64,000 nt of DNA from Candidatus Omnitrophota bacterium. Lineage in GTDB: Bacteria; Omnitrophota; Gorgyraeia; JABMRG01; JAFGKX01. Below are positions 38,335 to 48,275 of the stretch, piece by piece. The translations under genes and the position numbers were made by a program. Location: contig JAZDPX010000013.1 in assembly GCA_043797125.1 (NCBI GenBank), positions 9,180 through 73,179 on the forward strand, written 5' to 3'. The notes below the pieces were generated by a model, which had not been told where the DNA came from, ran no database searches, and saw only the letters and a program-made list of their open reading frames with translations. Position 1 is the stretch's first letter. Every line of letters begins with the position of its first letter.

Positions 38335-39555
38335 TTAATTTAACGCCGGTTTACTATTGCGCATCAGCGAACAGTAAGCATTTTGAATTTCCTTGGAAAT
38401 TACATCCCAATTGAATCTCTTGCTTACAAATTCATAACCATTTTTCCCTAAAGTTAAACACCACTTATCATCTGCAATCAATCTTTCTATATTCTTAGCG
38501 AGTGCTTCTATGTCTTCGACGTCAGAAACAACTAACCCATTCTCACCGTGCCTCACAGTTTCTAATAATCCCCCATTAGCAGATGCTAAAACTGGTATGC
38601 CAGTGGCCATTGCCTCTATGGCTATATTACCCAAGCCCTCTTTCACTATTGATGGTATAACTAAAATGTCACCTAAGAGATAATATCTATCAATTTGTTC
38701 ATAAGGTATTTTATCGGTAAACATAACTTTATCGTTTGCGCTTTTGCGTGCTAATCTTTTAATATATGAAAAGTACTGTCTGCATTCCGCATCCTCGGGG
38801 CTTGCACCACCCACGATTACTAATCTTACCTTTCCGTTTTTTTCAATTATTCTAGTGAGTGCCTCTATTAATAGATGTATGCCCTTATTTTGAGCAATCC
38901 TGCCGACATATAAAATCACCTTCTCATCTCTGGTTATTTTAAACTTTTCTCTAATCACTTCTCTTTCTTTATTCCTTAACCAATGAGGCATGAATCTATT
39001 TTGGTCATATCCGTTGTATATATGAACTATATTTTGATAGCCAGGAAGTTTCTTTTTCGTTTCTTTGGCTAAAAACATGCTGCATCCAATTAGCAAATCT
39101 ATCTTTCTTAAAATCTTACTATTCCATACCCGCTTAATATCTAGAATGGCTAATTGATGAATATGTAAAATAATTTTAGATTTAGGATTGAGAAATTTTA
39201 TTACAGGCACAAATTGTATGCGGTTATGTATGTGAATTATATCGGGTTTTAACCTACGTATTTTCCATGCACACCAGAACGAATAAGGGAGCCAATAAAG
39301 ATAAGAATTACTCCTTTTAAAAGGCAGTTTATAAGTCAAAGTAAAAAGCTTAGAAATTACCCCGGGTTTAAAACGATAGTAAGTTATGTTTTCCTTCTTT
39401 TCGTATTTAGAAAGTTTCTTCTCGTATATAGATAAACAGTAAATCTTGAATGACTTGGGCAAACGAATCATTATTTCAAAAATCCAAGCTTCAACAGCGC
39501 CTCCCCTTGTGGGGGGTACAGGTAATGTCTCCGGAGAAATAAATATTATTTTCAT
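38335..39555 (-). CDS. GT4 glycosyltransferase
   Basis: PVPPTRGGAVE, YVGRI..NKG, EGLGNIAIEAMATG. Confidence 0.92.
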   Translation of the reverse strand: MKIIFISPETLPVPPTRGGAVEAWIFEIMIRLPKSFKIYCLSIYEKKLSKYEKKENITYYRFKPGVISKLFTLTYKLPFKRSNSYLYWLPYSFWCAWKIRRLKPDIIHIHNRIQFVPVIKFLNPKSKIILHIHQLAILDIKRVWNSKILRKIDLLIGCSMFLAKETKKKLPGYQNIVHIYNGYDQNRFMPHWLRNKEREVIREKFKITRDEKVILYVGRIAQNKGIHLLIEALTRIIEKNGKVRLVIVGGASPEDAECRQYFSYIKRLARKSANDKVMFTDKIPYEQIDRYYLLGDILVIPSIVKEGLGNIAIEAMATGIPVLASANGGLLETVRHGENGLVVSDVEDIEALAKNIERLIADDKWCLTLGKNGYEFVSKRFNWDVISKEIQNAYCSLMRNSKPALN

Positions 39556-40412
39556 AACTTAAATTTAACTAATCTCCTATAAGCATATCCTAAGAAAAAG
39601 GATATTTTACAAGTATGGGCTATCCTTTCTTCTGAATTAAAAAAATTGAATGTTAAATTTACAATATTAGATAGAGTCTTTCTTATTCTCCACTTCTGAA
39701 AATTTTGGTTATTATCAATATCAAAGCGCGCCATATCGTTTCCGCTCAGATAATACCATTTAATGAAATAAGATTTTGTGGCTCTCTGTTTTGTAATCAT
39801 ATGATATACAATTAAAGCGGGGTTATAAACAATACATTCTTTGTCTCGAATTATTTTACTAAATGCCGAATCTTCTCGGCAATACGGTAAAAATAGCGTT
39901 TTTTCAAATACTTTTCTTCTACAGGCCATATTGCAACCTATGGCATATCTAATTTCTTTTGTCTCGTTCCCATTATTAATATCAACTATTGGCTCTTTTA
40001 CTTTAGATGAATACCATCGCGGGATTTCACAAGGCCAGATCGGAATAACTCTGCCACTTATTACATTTACACTATCGTCTAGGAAGGTTCCCCATATAGT
40101 TTGCAGCCAATCAGAAGGCAAAGTGATATCATCATCCGTAAAAGCAATGATGTCTCCCATCGCTTCTTTTATACCTCTATTTAAAGCGTAAGACTTTCCT
40201 TGCTGGGGTTCAAATAAATACTTTAATCTACGGTTAGATTTTCTAATATAGGATTCGATTAAATCCTTTGTTCCATCATTTGAATTATTATCTATAATAA
40301 TTATCTCGTAATCAAAATAATCCTTAAACTCCTGCTTAAGAAGAGATTGTAATAAATTATTTAGACTATAATGGCGATTATATGTACTAATTATAACGCT
40401 TACGCTTAGCAT
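39552..40412 (-). CDS. GT2 glycosyltransferase
   Basis: SVIISTYNR, IDNNSND, AFTDDD. Confidence 0.92.
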   Translation of the reverse strand: MLSVSVIISTYNRHYSLNNLLQSLLKQEFKDYFDYEIIIIDNNSNDGTKDLIESYIRKSNRRLKYLFEPQQGKSYALNRGIKEAMGDIIAFTDDDITLPSDWLQTIWGTFLDDSVNVISGRVIPIWPCEIPRWYSSKVKEPIVDINNGNETKEIRYAIGCNMACRRKVFEKTLFLPYCREDSAFSKIIRDKECIVYNPALIVYHMITKQRATKSYFIKWYYLSGNDMARFDIDNNQNFQKWRIRKTLSNIVNLTFNFFNSEERIAHTCKISFFLGYAYRRLVKFKL

Positions 40413-41373
40413 ATCTTACCCCTATCTTTAATATTAAACCCACAAAGCTTTTCCAATATTTTAATTCCAATGGGTTTAATTGTATAATTTCTTTGTAAAA
40501 AGATAATCTGTTCCTTGGATCTTCTAGTTGCCACGTCTTCTCCCAAAATTTTTCTGCAAGATACCTTTTCCCTAAAATATACCTATAGTTAGTGAAAAGA
40601 TTTTCAGTTAACTTATTTAAACATTTTAGCTGATACGTTTCTATTACTTTTATGCTCTCTTTATTCCAACCTGCAAGATAAAATCTATATATACTTAACG
40701 GCTTATTAATATATCCTACGTTCTTAATCTTAGGGTGCAAAATACATCGCCACCACATATCATTATCTTCGTAATACTTTAGCGAACAATCAAATAATTC
40801 ATTTAATTCGTTCAATAAAAACTGCCTGTTAAGAAAAATTGTGTAAGTAGTACAACCTAAAATTTTAAGAGCAATTTTTAAAAAACTTTTTTGTTTTATA
40901 ACGTATTTATTTGCACAATTACAAATACTATTATTTTCTAAAGGGAAAAAACTTGTGTAGTTACTTATCTTTAGCCGCGGTGATAGCATATCTAAATTAT
41001 GTAGTTCTTGCTCAGAGTGAACTTCGTAAAAATCCGAAAATGTAATTATTAAACTATTTTGTTCTGAAAATCTTACGAGTTCATCTAGCCTATCTGGTAG
41101 CATTAAGTCGTCGGCATCTAAAAATGCTATGTATTCTCCTGTGGCCTGCCGAATTCCTAAATTCCGCGCTGAAGAAACACCTTTATTTTCTTGATAAAAA
41201 TACCTAATTTTATTATTATATTTGGATAGGATTTCTTTTGTATTGTCAGTTGAACCGTCGTCAATTACAACAATTTCATAATCAGTGTAAGTTTGAGCTA
41301 AAACGCTATCGACGGCTTCAGATATAAAGCTGGCATTATTATAAGTTGGTATTATGACACTAACTAGTGACAT
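40387..41373 (-). CDS. GT2 glycosyltransferase
   Basis: SVIIPTYN, DDGSTD, GVSSARN, FLDADD. Confidence 0.93.
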   Translation of the reverse strand: MSLVSVIIPTYNNASFISEAVDSVLAQTYTDYEIVVIDDGSTDNTKEILSKYNNKIRYFYQENKGVSSARNLGIRQATGEYIAFLDADDLMLPDRLDELVRFSEQNSLIITFSDFYEVHSEQELHNLDMLSPRLKISNYTSFFPLENNSICNCANKYVIKQKSFLKIALKILGCTTYTIFLNRQFLLNELNELFDCSLKYYEDNDMWWRCILHPKIKNVGYINKPLSIYRFYLAGWNKESIKVIETYQLKCLNKLTENLFTNYRYILGKRYLAEKFWEKTWQLEDPRNRLSFYKEIIQLNPLELKYWKSFVGLILKIGVRYAKRKRYN

Positions 41374-42577
41374 CTTGAAAGACTTCCTCTATCAGTTTCT
41401 CCACTATCTTTATATCATATCTAGACTGAATATATTTATAGCCTTCTTGACTTAATCGCAGCCCCAATTCAAAGTTGTTCATTAAATTCACACAACTTTT
41501 TGCAAAACTGTTCACGTCATCCGCTAAAATGCCATGCACACCGGAGGTTATTCCTAAGCCTTCCGCTCCAATAGAAGTAGAAACTACGGGCCTCCTACAG
41601 GCTAAGGCTTCTAAAATTTTAATCCGTGTTCCTCCCGCAATTCTTAGCGGTACCACCACAAGCGAACTGTTCTCATAATATGGGGCTACATCGGGAACGG
41701 AAGGAAAAAGAAAGACTGATTTATCGTCTGCAAGTTTTAAAACTTCTTCCTTTGGAGCCATCCCGACTATATGAAATTTTACCTGAGGTTCCTTTTGTTT
41801 TATCAATGGCAGTACATCTTTCACAAACCATCTTACTGCATCTACATTTGGACCGTATGAAAGAAGCCCACAGAATAAAATTATCTTTTTACTGTAAGTT
41901 GCCTTATTAAAATCAACTATATTATCGTAGGTAGAGATATTAACAGAATTCGGAATAACGCTAATATTCTTAAGTAGCCTTTCTTTTCTAAGATAATGGC
42001 TGTCTTTATCTGAGCAAACCAAAACACTTTGGAAAAACTTGAGTCTCTTATAGTAGCTTCTCAATAACCAATTATTGTATTTTCTTCGTAATTTATCATA
42101 TAAATTTTTACTTTTAGTTAAGCTTATTTTACGACTAACCTTTATAAATTCAATATCATCTAAATCTACTATTGCCTTGCTCTTAATTTTATGTCTATTT
42201 TTAATGAAATATTGCGCTAAATCTATATGGCGAGTAAAAACTATATCGAAATTATGCGTGCTAATGATTTCTAGGAATTTACGATTTACTCCCTCAGAGT
42301 ATCTTTCATAAATTTCCCAAGGAATTCCCTTAAGTAAGTTCTGTGTTCTTTGCCATTTATTTATCTGTTCTAGTTTTAATCGATCGCTAACGGCAGGATA
42401 AAACCACATATTTTTAAAATATTGTACGTTTTTCTGATGATCGTCATTGTTAGATGCTAAATAAAACATGCTTAATTCATGTTCACGATAAAGACTCCTC
42501 ACAAAGTTCCAAATCCTTATTCTACTACCACAATTTAGGGGAAATGGTGGCTGGTTTTCTAGAATCAGAATCCTCAT
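41360..42577 (-). CDS. GT4 glycosyltransferase
   Basis: PPFPLNCGSRIR, GGTRIKILEALAC..PVVST. Confidence 0.9.
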   Translation of the reverse strand: MRILILENQPPFPLNCGSRIRIWNFVRSLYREHELSMFYLASNNDDHQKNVQYFKNMWFYPAVSDRLKLEQINKWQRTQNLLKGIPWEIYERYSEGVNRKFLEIISTHNFDIVFTRHIDLAQYFIKNRHKIKSKAIVDLDDIEFIKVSRKISLTKSKNLYDKLRRKYNNWLLRSYYKRLKFFQSVLVCSDKDSHYLRKERLLKNISVIPNSVNISTYDNIVDFNKATYSKKIILFCGLLSYGPNVDAVRWFVKDVLPLIKQKEPQVKFHIVGMAPKEEVLKLADDKSVFLFPSVPDVAPYYENSSLVVVPLRIAGGTRIKILEALACRRPVVSTSIGAEGLGITSGVHGILADDVNSFAKSCVNLMNNFELGLRLSQEGYKYIQSRYDIKIVEKLIEEVFQDVTS

Positions 42578-42578
42578 A

Positions 42579-43826
42579 TTATTCCTTCTTTGACCATATC
42601 GCTGGCATACTAATCACAGCATTGCCTTTTATGCTCATTTCCGCAGGATTCTGAATTTTAAATATAGCCTTATCGCTTGAGGCATAAGGATGGATCAAAT
42701 CTTTATCCCAAATACCTGTTTTTGCTATATACACACCTGGGGCTAAACTTATTTTTCCTAATTCAACTCTGACTTTTCCTTTATTTTGTATATTCGGCAT
42801 TGAAAATCCATTATCCGCAGTATTTGATGAGCAACAGAGCACGCCATCAGCGCGGATTATATCCAAGGAGAATATGGGATTTTCTATCTTTCCTTTCGAT
42901 TCATACTCTATTTCTAAAGATATCGATTCACCAATTTGAAAGTTTTCTTTACTGTTATATTGCCCGTCAAAAAGAGAAACGTTTAAAATTTTAACTAGGG
43001 TCTCCGCATTAGGTTTTACTTCATAGCTAGTAGAGATAAACTTTCTTTTTAATTCCTCCTCACTTTTTCTATAAACAATATTTTGATAGTATGGAATTAC
43101 TCCATCGGGAGAGCCTTCTTTGACGGTTTCGCCTTTATCAAGCAAAATAACCCTTTTACACATATTCTGAATTAATGAAAGATTGTGGGAAACCAATACT
43201 ATTGTGGCTCCTGTATTAAGCAACTCCCGCATCTTCTGGGCGCATTTTGCCTGAAAAGCCATATCTCCTACAGCTAAAACTTCGTCCACTATTAACACAT
43301 CGGGATCCATATGAGCGGCAACTGAAAAACCTAATCTCGCATGCATGCCTGATGAGTATCTTTTTACCGGCGTATCAATAAATTCCCTAATCCCTGAGAA
43401 TTCTACTATCTCCTCAAATTTTGTATCGATTTCTTTTTTCCTCATCCCAAGGATAGTGCCATTAAGATAAATATTTTCCTTCCCTGTTAAGTCATCGTGA
43501 AAACCGGCGCCTACTTCAATTAGGGCTGAAAGGCGGCCTCTAATTTCAATTTTGCCTTTGGTTGGTTCCATAATTTTGGAAAGCAGTTTCAAAATCGTGC
43601 TTTTACCTGCACCGTTTGGACCTATAACACCTAATACTTCGTTTCTTTTAACTTCAAAATTTACATCCCGTAATGCCCAGAAGTCTTTATTATTCTTTAA
43701 GTTGCCGTTAATTCCATTCTTGTTTTTAAAATTACTAAAGAAATTGGGAATAGCATCTCTTAAAGAGTTAAATTTTTCTCCTTTTCTAAATTTTTTCCAC
43801 ACATGATTAAATTCTATTACATTCAT
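42579..43826 (-). CDS. wzt: Polysaccharide ABC transporter ATPase with C-terminal Wzt_C domain
   Basis: GPNGAGKST, YSSGMHARLGF, IVDEVLAVGD. Confidence 0.92.
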   Translation of the reverse strand: MNVIEFNHVWKKFRKGEKFNSLRDAIPNFFSNFKNKNGINGNLKNNKDFWALRDVNFEVKRNEVLGVIGPNGAGKSTILKLLSKIMEPTKGKIEIRGRLSALIEVGAGFHDDLTGKENIYLNGTILGMRKKEIDTKFEEIVEFSGIREFIDTPVKRYSSGMHARLGFSVAAHMDPDVLIVDEVLAVGDMAFQAKCAQKMRELLNTGATIVLVSHNLSLIQNMCKRVILLDKGETVKEGSPDGVIPYYQNIVYRKSEEELKRKFISTSYEVKPNAETLVKILNVSLFDGQYNSKENFQIGESISLEIEYESKGKIENPIFSLDIIRADGVLCCSSNTADNGFSMPNIQNKGKVRVELGKISLAPGVYIAKTGIWDKDLIHPYASSDKAIFKIQNPAEMSIKGNAVISMPAIWSKKE

Positions 43827-43834
43827 TTTCGCTC

Positions 43835-44611
43835 CTAAATATTCTCTGCAAATAGCGGTTCTGCCTTATGAAATATACTCATGCCTATGAAAAATATAGC
43901 TGTTGAAACAATTCCCGTATAAGTAAACCAGAACATATCCGGCGCCTGATGCAAAACTATCACGCTGTTCATTGCTTCAAGCAGGCTTCCAATAGGATTT
44001 GCCAGCAAGACAGGCGCCCATTTCCCGAACATGCTGGCATCATAAAAAACAGGGGTAAAAAATATCCCGAACATAAGTATTATCTCAACCACATATTTAA
44101 TATCCCTATAGAAAAGATTTGCCGCTGCCATAAGAAGCCCCAAGCCTGCTGTAAAAAGAACCAGAAATATTATAAGCACAGGAAGCCATAAAATATAAAC
44201 GCTTATCCCTATCTTTGCTACCGCAAGAATAATTGCTAAAGTAATGCTTGCAATTGCAAAATCAAATAAGCAGGCTAGTATCGATGAAAGGGTAAGTACT
44301 TCTCTTGGAAAATATATTTTTGTAACCAGGTTTTTATTTCCGACAAGGCTTTGCACTGCAAATTTTATTGCATTGATAAAAAACGTCCACGGCAATACTT
44401 TAATTGAAATAGAAACCACGCCTTTTAAATCCATAGGCTCCCCAGAAACTACTGACATTGCCTTTTTCACTATAAGGCCGGCTAAAACCGCCACTATAGG
44501 CATAAATATAGCCCATACAAATCCCATGACTGCCTGTTTATAGCGGATTCTTATATCTCTTAGTGTAAGCATAAGTAAAAGGTCGCGGTATTTTATTATT
44601 TCTTTAAACAC
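43835..44611 (-). CDS. wzm: Polysaccharide ABC transporter permease
   Basis: RDIRIRYKQAVMG, KIYFPRE, YRDIKY, FFTPVFY. Confidence 0.92.
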   Translation of the reverse strand: MFKEIIKYRDLLLMLTLRDIRIRYKQAVMGFVWAIFMPIVAVLAGLIVKKAMSVVSGEPMDLKGVVSISIKVLPWTFFINAIKFAVQSLVGNKNLVTKIYFPREVLTLSSILACLFDFAIASITLAIILAVAKIGISVYILWLPVLIIFLVLFTAGLGLLMAAANLFYRDIKYVVEIILMFGIFFTPVFYDASMFGKWAPVLLANPIGSLLEAMNSVIVLHQAPDMFWFTYTGIVSTAIFFIGMSIFHKAEPLFAENI

Positions 44612-44639
44612 TGATATCTCCTTCTTCTCTAGCTAAAAT

Positions 44640-46547
44640 TTACAAAACTGGCACTTTAATTTCTGTGTTACAAATATACTCCCTATGCCACATCTCAAAC
44701 ATAAACCATGCCCAGATGAGGCGCCAGTTTTGCAGGTATTTCCCGCTGTAAAATTGTTCAATTGTCTTTTTTACAAATTCTATATCAAAGTAGGTATGTA
44801 TGCTGCTGTCAGATGACAAAACATGATCTAAAATCATATCTTTAAACTCATTTCTCATCCATTTTCTGTAAGGAGGCTCAAAACCTGTCTTGCGGTTTGT
44901 TAAAACATAATCCGGCAGGTGCTTCCCAAAAGTCTTTTTCAGTATGTACTTTTTTATTGGGTTAAATACACCTTTAATCTTATACTCAAGCGGAATAGTA
45001 GAAATAAAATCCATAACCTCAATATCCAAAAATGGCGTTCTGAATTCCATTGAGCTGGCGCTAAGCATACGGTCTACTTTAACAAGCAAATCATCCTGAA
45101 GGAAAAACAAAACATCTTTATAGAGAAGTTGATCTATAAAATCGCTTCTGTTTGATTCAGAGAACCATTTGCTGTTTATTGCTAAAGAAATATCGCCGTT
45201 TATCTGTTTTTTAAAATCATCATTGTAAATCTTTTCCTTTTTTGAATAAGGCAGAATATCTTTTCTGGTTGAGAAGCGTTCATAAAGCGACAGGCATTCA
45301 ATTTTGGTGTTCCTGATTATTTTTTCGCAAAGGACATTATTCGTTTCCATGGTACATATTGGCTTTAAAAGCGGGCTTAAAACTCTGCATCTTAAGACCT
45401 CCGGCAATAAGCGCAGCTGCTTTTTCCATTCCGCATAAACTATACTGCCGCCTAAAAGCTGATCTGAACCGTCTCCTGTGAATACCACATCAGAATTTTT
45501 ACTGGCAACTAATCCGCCATAATAAGTAGGGATTGCCGAGGAATCATAAAACGGCAAATCAGTATGCCTAATTATTTTGGGCAGGGTATCTTTTGCCATT
45601 TCTGCATCCACTACTACATCGTGCATCTGGACATCTAAAAAGTTTGCGGTTTTTTTGGCATACGGGAGCTCGTCATACTCTTGGTCATCAAAACCAACTG
45701 AGAAAACATTAAATTTTTTATTTAACACCTGTTTCATAAGAAAGGTAACTACGCTTGAATCTATGCCGCTGCTTAAAAATGCGCCTGCGTTGCTTTCTCC
45801 TTCAAGACGTTTTTTTACTGATTTTGCTAATAAACTGTATAAACTTTCAGAGCACTCTTTCTCATTAAGTTTTATATCTACGGACTTACTATTGTATTTC
45901 CAATAGGGTATAATTTTGGTTTCATCATTACTACAAATAAGAAAAGAGCCTGCCGGCACCTGTTTAACTCCTTTGAAAAGCGTGTCAGGGCAAGGCACAT
46001 CATGAAGCGTAAAATAGGCATCAATGCTTATTGGGTCAATCTCTCTTTCAATGCTTGGATCTGCCAAAATTGCCTTTATTTCCGAACCAAAGATTATGGA
46101 GTCTTGCTTCTGGTAGTAATATAGGGGTTTATTGCCTGAATGATTCCTGGCTAAAATAAGCTTACGGCTAATCCCATCCCAAAGACAAAAAGCAAACTCG
46201 CCATCTATCAATTTAATAAAATCTTCTCCGCGTAAATCGTAAAGCATTGTTAAGATCTCTGATTCCGCTTTCTTAGAAAGCGATCCGTTTTCACCAGGGA
46301 TTAAAGAGCATAGTTCTTTCTTATTAAAGATTTTACCGTCTAACACACACCAAAGATTTTTTCTGCCATCATGCCCTGATTGGACATCGCGCCTGGAATA
46401 TTGTACTGCCAGGCCTATATTATTATTAATATAGGCCTCTCTAAAATGCGGGCCTCTATGCTTAATCGTGCTCGACATTTTGTTGAGTAAATCGGGGCTT
46501 ATCAGGTCCTTTGAGTTATAATTATATATCCCGCAAATTCCGCTCAT
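44640..46547 (-). CDS. Asparagine synthetase-like amidotransferase/amide ligase (glycan modification)
   Basis: HRGP, KPLYY, GSEIKAI, FLSSGIDSS, TGDGSDQLLGG, KVDRM, RTPFLD, KYILK. Confidence 0.85.
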   Translation of the reverse strand: MSGICGIYNYNSKDLISPDLLNKMSSTIKHRGPHFREAYINNNIGLAVQYSRRDVQSGHDGRKNLWCVLDGKIFNKKELCSLIPGENGSLSKKAESEILTMLYDLRGEDFIKLIDGEFAFCLWDGISRKLILARNHSGNKPLYYYQKQDSIIFGSEIKAILADPSIEREIDPISIDAYFTLHDVPCPDTLFKGVKQVPAGSFLICSNDETKIIPYWKYNSKSVDIKLNEKECSESLYSLLAKSVKKRLEGESNAGAFLSSGIDSSVVTFLMKQVLNKKFNVFSVGFDDQEYDELPYAKKTANFLDVQMHDVVVDAEMAKDTLPKIIRHTDLPFYDSSAIPTYYGGLVASKNSDVVFTGDGSDQLLGGSIVYAEWKKQLRLLPEVLRCRVLSPLLKPICTMETNNVLCEKIIRNTKIECLSLYERFSTRKDILPYSKKEKIYNDDFKKQINGDISLAINSKWFSESNRSDFIDQLLYKDVLFFLQDDLLVKVDRMLSASSMEFRTPFLDIEVMDFISTIPLEYKIKGVFNPIKKYILKKTFGKHLPDYVLTNRKTGFEPPYRKWMRNEFKDMILDHVLSSDSSIHTYFDIEFVKKTIEQFYSGKYLQNWRLIWAWFMFEMWHREYICNTEIKVPVL

Positions 46548-46918
46548 TTGTGCTCTCTTCCATAATCATCCTCGAGCCTCTCGATATCGTCTTCCTCCAA
46601 ATACTTACCGCACTGGACTTCGATGATGCGAAGGGGCTTGTTAAGCTTGTTTTCAAGGCGGTGAAGCTCGCCCTTCGCGATGTAGGCGCTTTGGTTGGGC
46701 TTTAGGGTGTGGGCTTTTTTGTCTTCAACAATCTTTGCCTCGCCTTCGACTACTACCCAATGCTCGCTGCGCTTGTGGTGTTTCTGAAGGCTTAGTTTTT
46801 TGTTGGGGGATACTTCCACAAGCTTGACTTTGTAGCCATTGCCTTCGATTAGGACTGTGTATGAGCCCCAGGGACGTGTTACTGCTTTAGTCTTTATATT
46901 ATATTTAGTATTATTCAT
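46544..46918 (-). CDS. Stand-alone cupin mannose-6-phosphate isomerase (ManC C-terminal type)
   Basis: RPWGSY, LSLQKHHKRSEHWVVV, HRLEN, IEVQCGKYLEEDDIER. Confidence 0.9.
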   Translation of the reverse strand: MNNTKYNIKTKAVTRPWGSYTVLIEGNGYKVKLVEVSPNKKLSLQKHHKRSEHWVVVEGEAKIVEDKKAHTLKPNQSAYIAKGELHRLENKLNKPLRIIEVQCGKYLEEDDIERLEDDYGREHK

Positions 46919-46943
46919 TCTGGGTCCTTTCGTCTTCATTGGG

Positions 46944-47942
46944 TTAGGGTTTTTTGGAAAACCAATCGACGGTTTTACGGAGGCCGTCTTCGAAATTGAC
47001 CTGCGGTTTGAAGTTTAGGATTTTGCTGATTTTGGTGATGTCAGCACAGGTGCGCTTGACATCTCCGGCTCGCGGAGGGGTGTGGGTTGGCTTTATTTTT
47101 TTGCCCATTATTTTGTTGAGGGTGTCTACGAGTTCTAGGATACTGTGGTCATCGCCGGCGGCGACGTTGAAAACTTCGCAGAAGGTTTTGCAGGCTATGA
47201 GCTGTGGGCTATGAGCTGTGGGCTTTGAGCTTTGAGCTGGCACAGTTGCAGCTAGAATATTTGCGTTTACGACGTTGTCGATGTAGGTGAAGTCCCGGGA
47301 CTGAAGCCCATCGCCGTGAATTGGGGGATGCTCATTATTTAGCATGCAGTGTATAAATTTTGGGATTACTACAGCGTACTCGTCGTCTAAAGACTGTCTG
47401 GGCCCGAAGACATTGAAATATCTTAAGTTTACTGTTTCAAGGCCGTAGTTTTCGCTGAATACTCTGCTGTAATACTCTGCCGCGAGTTTTGTTAAAGCGT
47501 AAGGTGATATAAGAAGCGGCATATCTGTTTCTGATTGCGGAAACTTGCTGACATCGCCGTAAACTGAACTGGATGAAGCTATAACTACGCGCTTTACTTT
47601 TGCTTTCAGGGCCGCTTCGAGTATGTTAAGGGTGCCGTCTATGTTAACCGCGTTGTATTCGTGCGGCATTGTCATTGATTTCGGCACACTTCGCAGGGCT
47701 GCCTGGTGCAGGATGTAGTCGATGTTTTTGCAGGCGCGGGTGCAGGTGGCGGAGTCGCGGATGTCGCCTTTGATTAGTCTATAGTCAATGGTCGATGGTC
47801 GATGGCCTGAAACAAAAGATAGATTCTCTTCTTTACCGCTTGAGAAATTATCCAGCACGCGAACACTGTGGCCTTCTTTTAATAATCTTTCTGTTATATG
47901 GGAACCGATGAATCCAGCTCCGCCGGTCACAAGAAATTTCAT
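46944..47942 (-). CDS. NAD-dependent nucleotide-sugar 4-epimerase (WbpP-like SDR)
   Basis: TGGAGFIGSH, SSSSVYG, YALTK, RYFNVFGPRQ, GDGLQSRDF. Confidence 0.93.
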   Translation of the reverse strand: MKFLVTGGAGFIGSHITERLLKEGHSVRVLDNFSSGKEENLSFVSGHRPSTIDYRLIKGDIRDSATCTRACKNIDYILHQAALRSVPKSMTMPHEYNAVNIDGTLNILEAALKAKVKRVVIASSSSVYGDVSKFPQSETDMPLLISPYALTKLAAEYYSRVFSENYGLETVNLRYFNVFGPRQSLDDEYAVVIPKFIHCMLNNEHPPIHGDGLQSRDFTYIDNVVNANILAATVPAQSSKPTAHSPQLIACKTFCEVFNVAAGDDHSILELVDTLNKIMGKKIKPTHTPPRAGDVKRTCADITKISKILNFKPQVNFEDGLRKTVDWFSKKP

Positions 47943-47988
47943 ATACATCTCCTTGTATGGATCCCCGCTTTCGCGGGGATGACATATT

Positions 47989-48261
47989 CTATTTTCGTTT
48001 TCTAAGCTTGAACATTCCCAACCCTGCTAAACCTACGCCGACTAGCGCAAGAGTTGCCGGCTCGGGATTGTGCGGCGCTCTGCTTGAGCCGCTGCCAGAG
48101 TCGTATGAGCTGCTGCTTGAGTTTTCGGCAAACATAGTGCCTTGCGCTCCCGATGATGATCCGTCGGAAAAGCCGGCGACTTCACTTGCCTTCTCGTTGC
48201 AGCCAGTTAGCGCCAGAGTCGCTGCTATGCAGCAGGCTAGCACTACTAATTTATATCCCAT
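47989..48261 (-). CDS. Small Ser/Gly-rich lipoprotein with PEP-CTERM tail
   Basis: Lipobox LTGC, C-terminal NPEPATLALVGVGLAGLGMFKLRKRK, SD AGAGGAGGAG. Confidence 0.85.
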   Translation of the reverse strand: MGYKLVVLACCIAATLALTGCNEKASEVAGFSDGSSSGAQGTMFAENSSSSSYDSGSGSSRAPHNPEPATLALVGVGLAGLGMFKLRKRK

Positions 48262-48275
48262 GTTACTCCTCCTCT

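Noticed and set aside
44640-46547. Lasso-peptide cyclase (AsnB-like without Cys2)
   Set aside because: No precursor, B1/RRE or B2 peptidase nearby, and the context is glycan biosynthesis.
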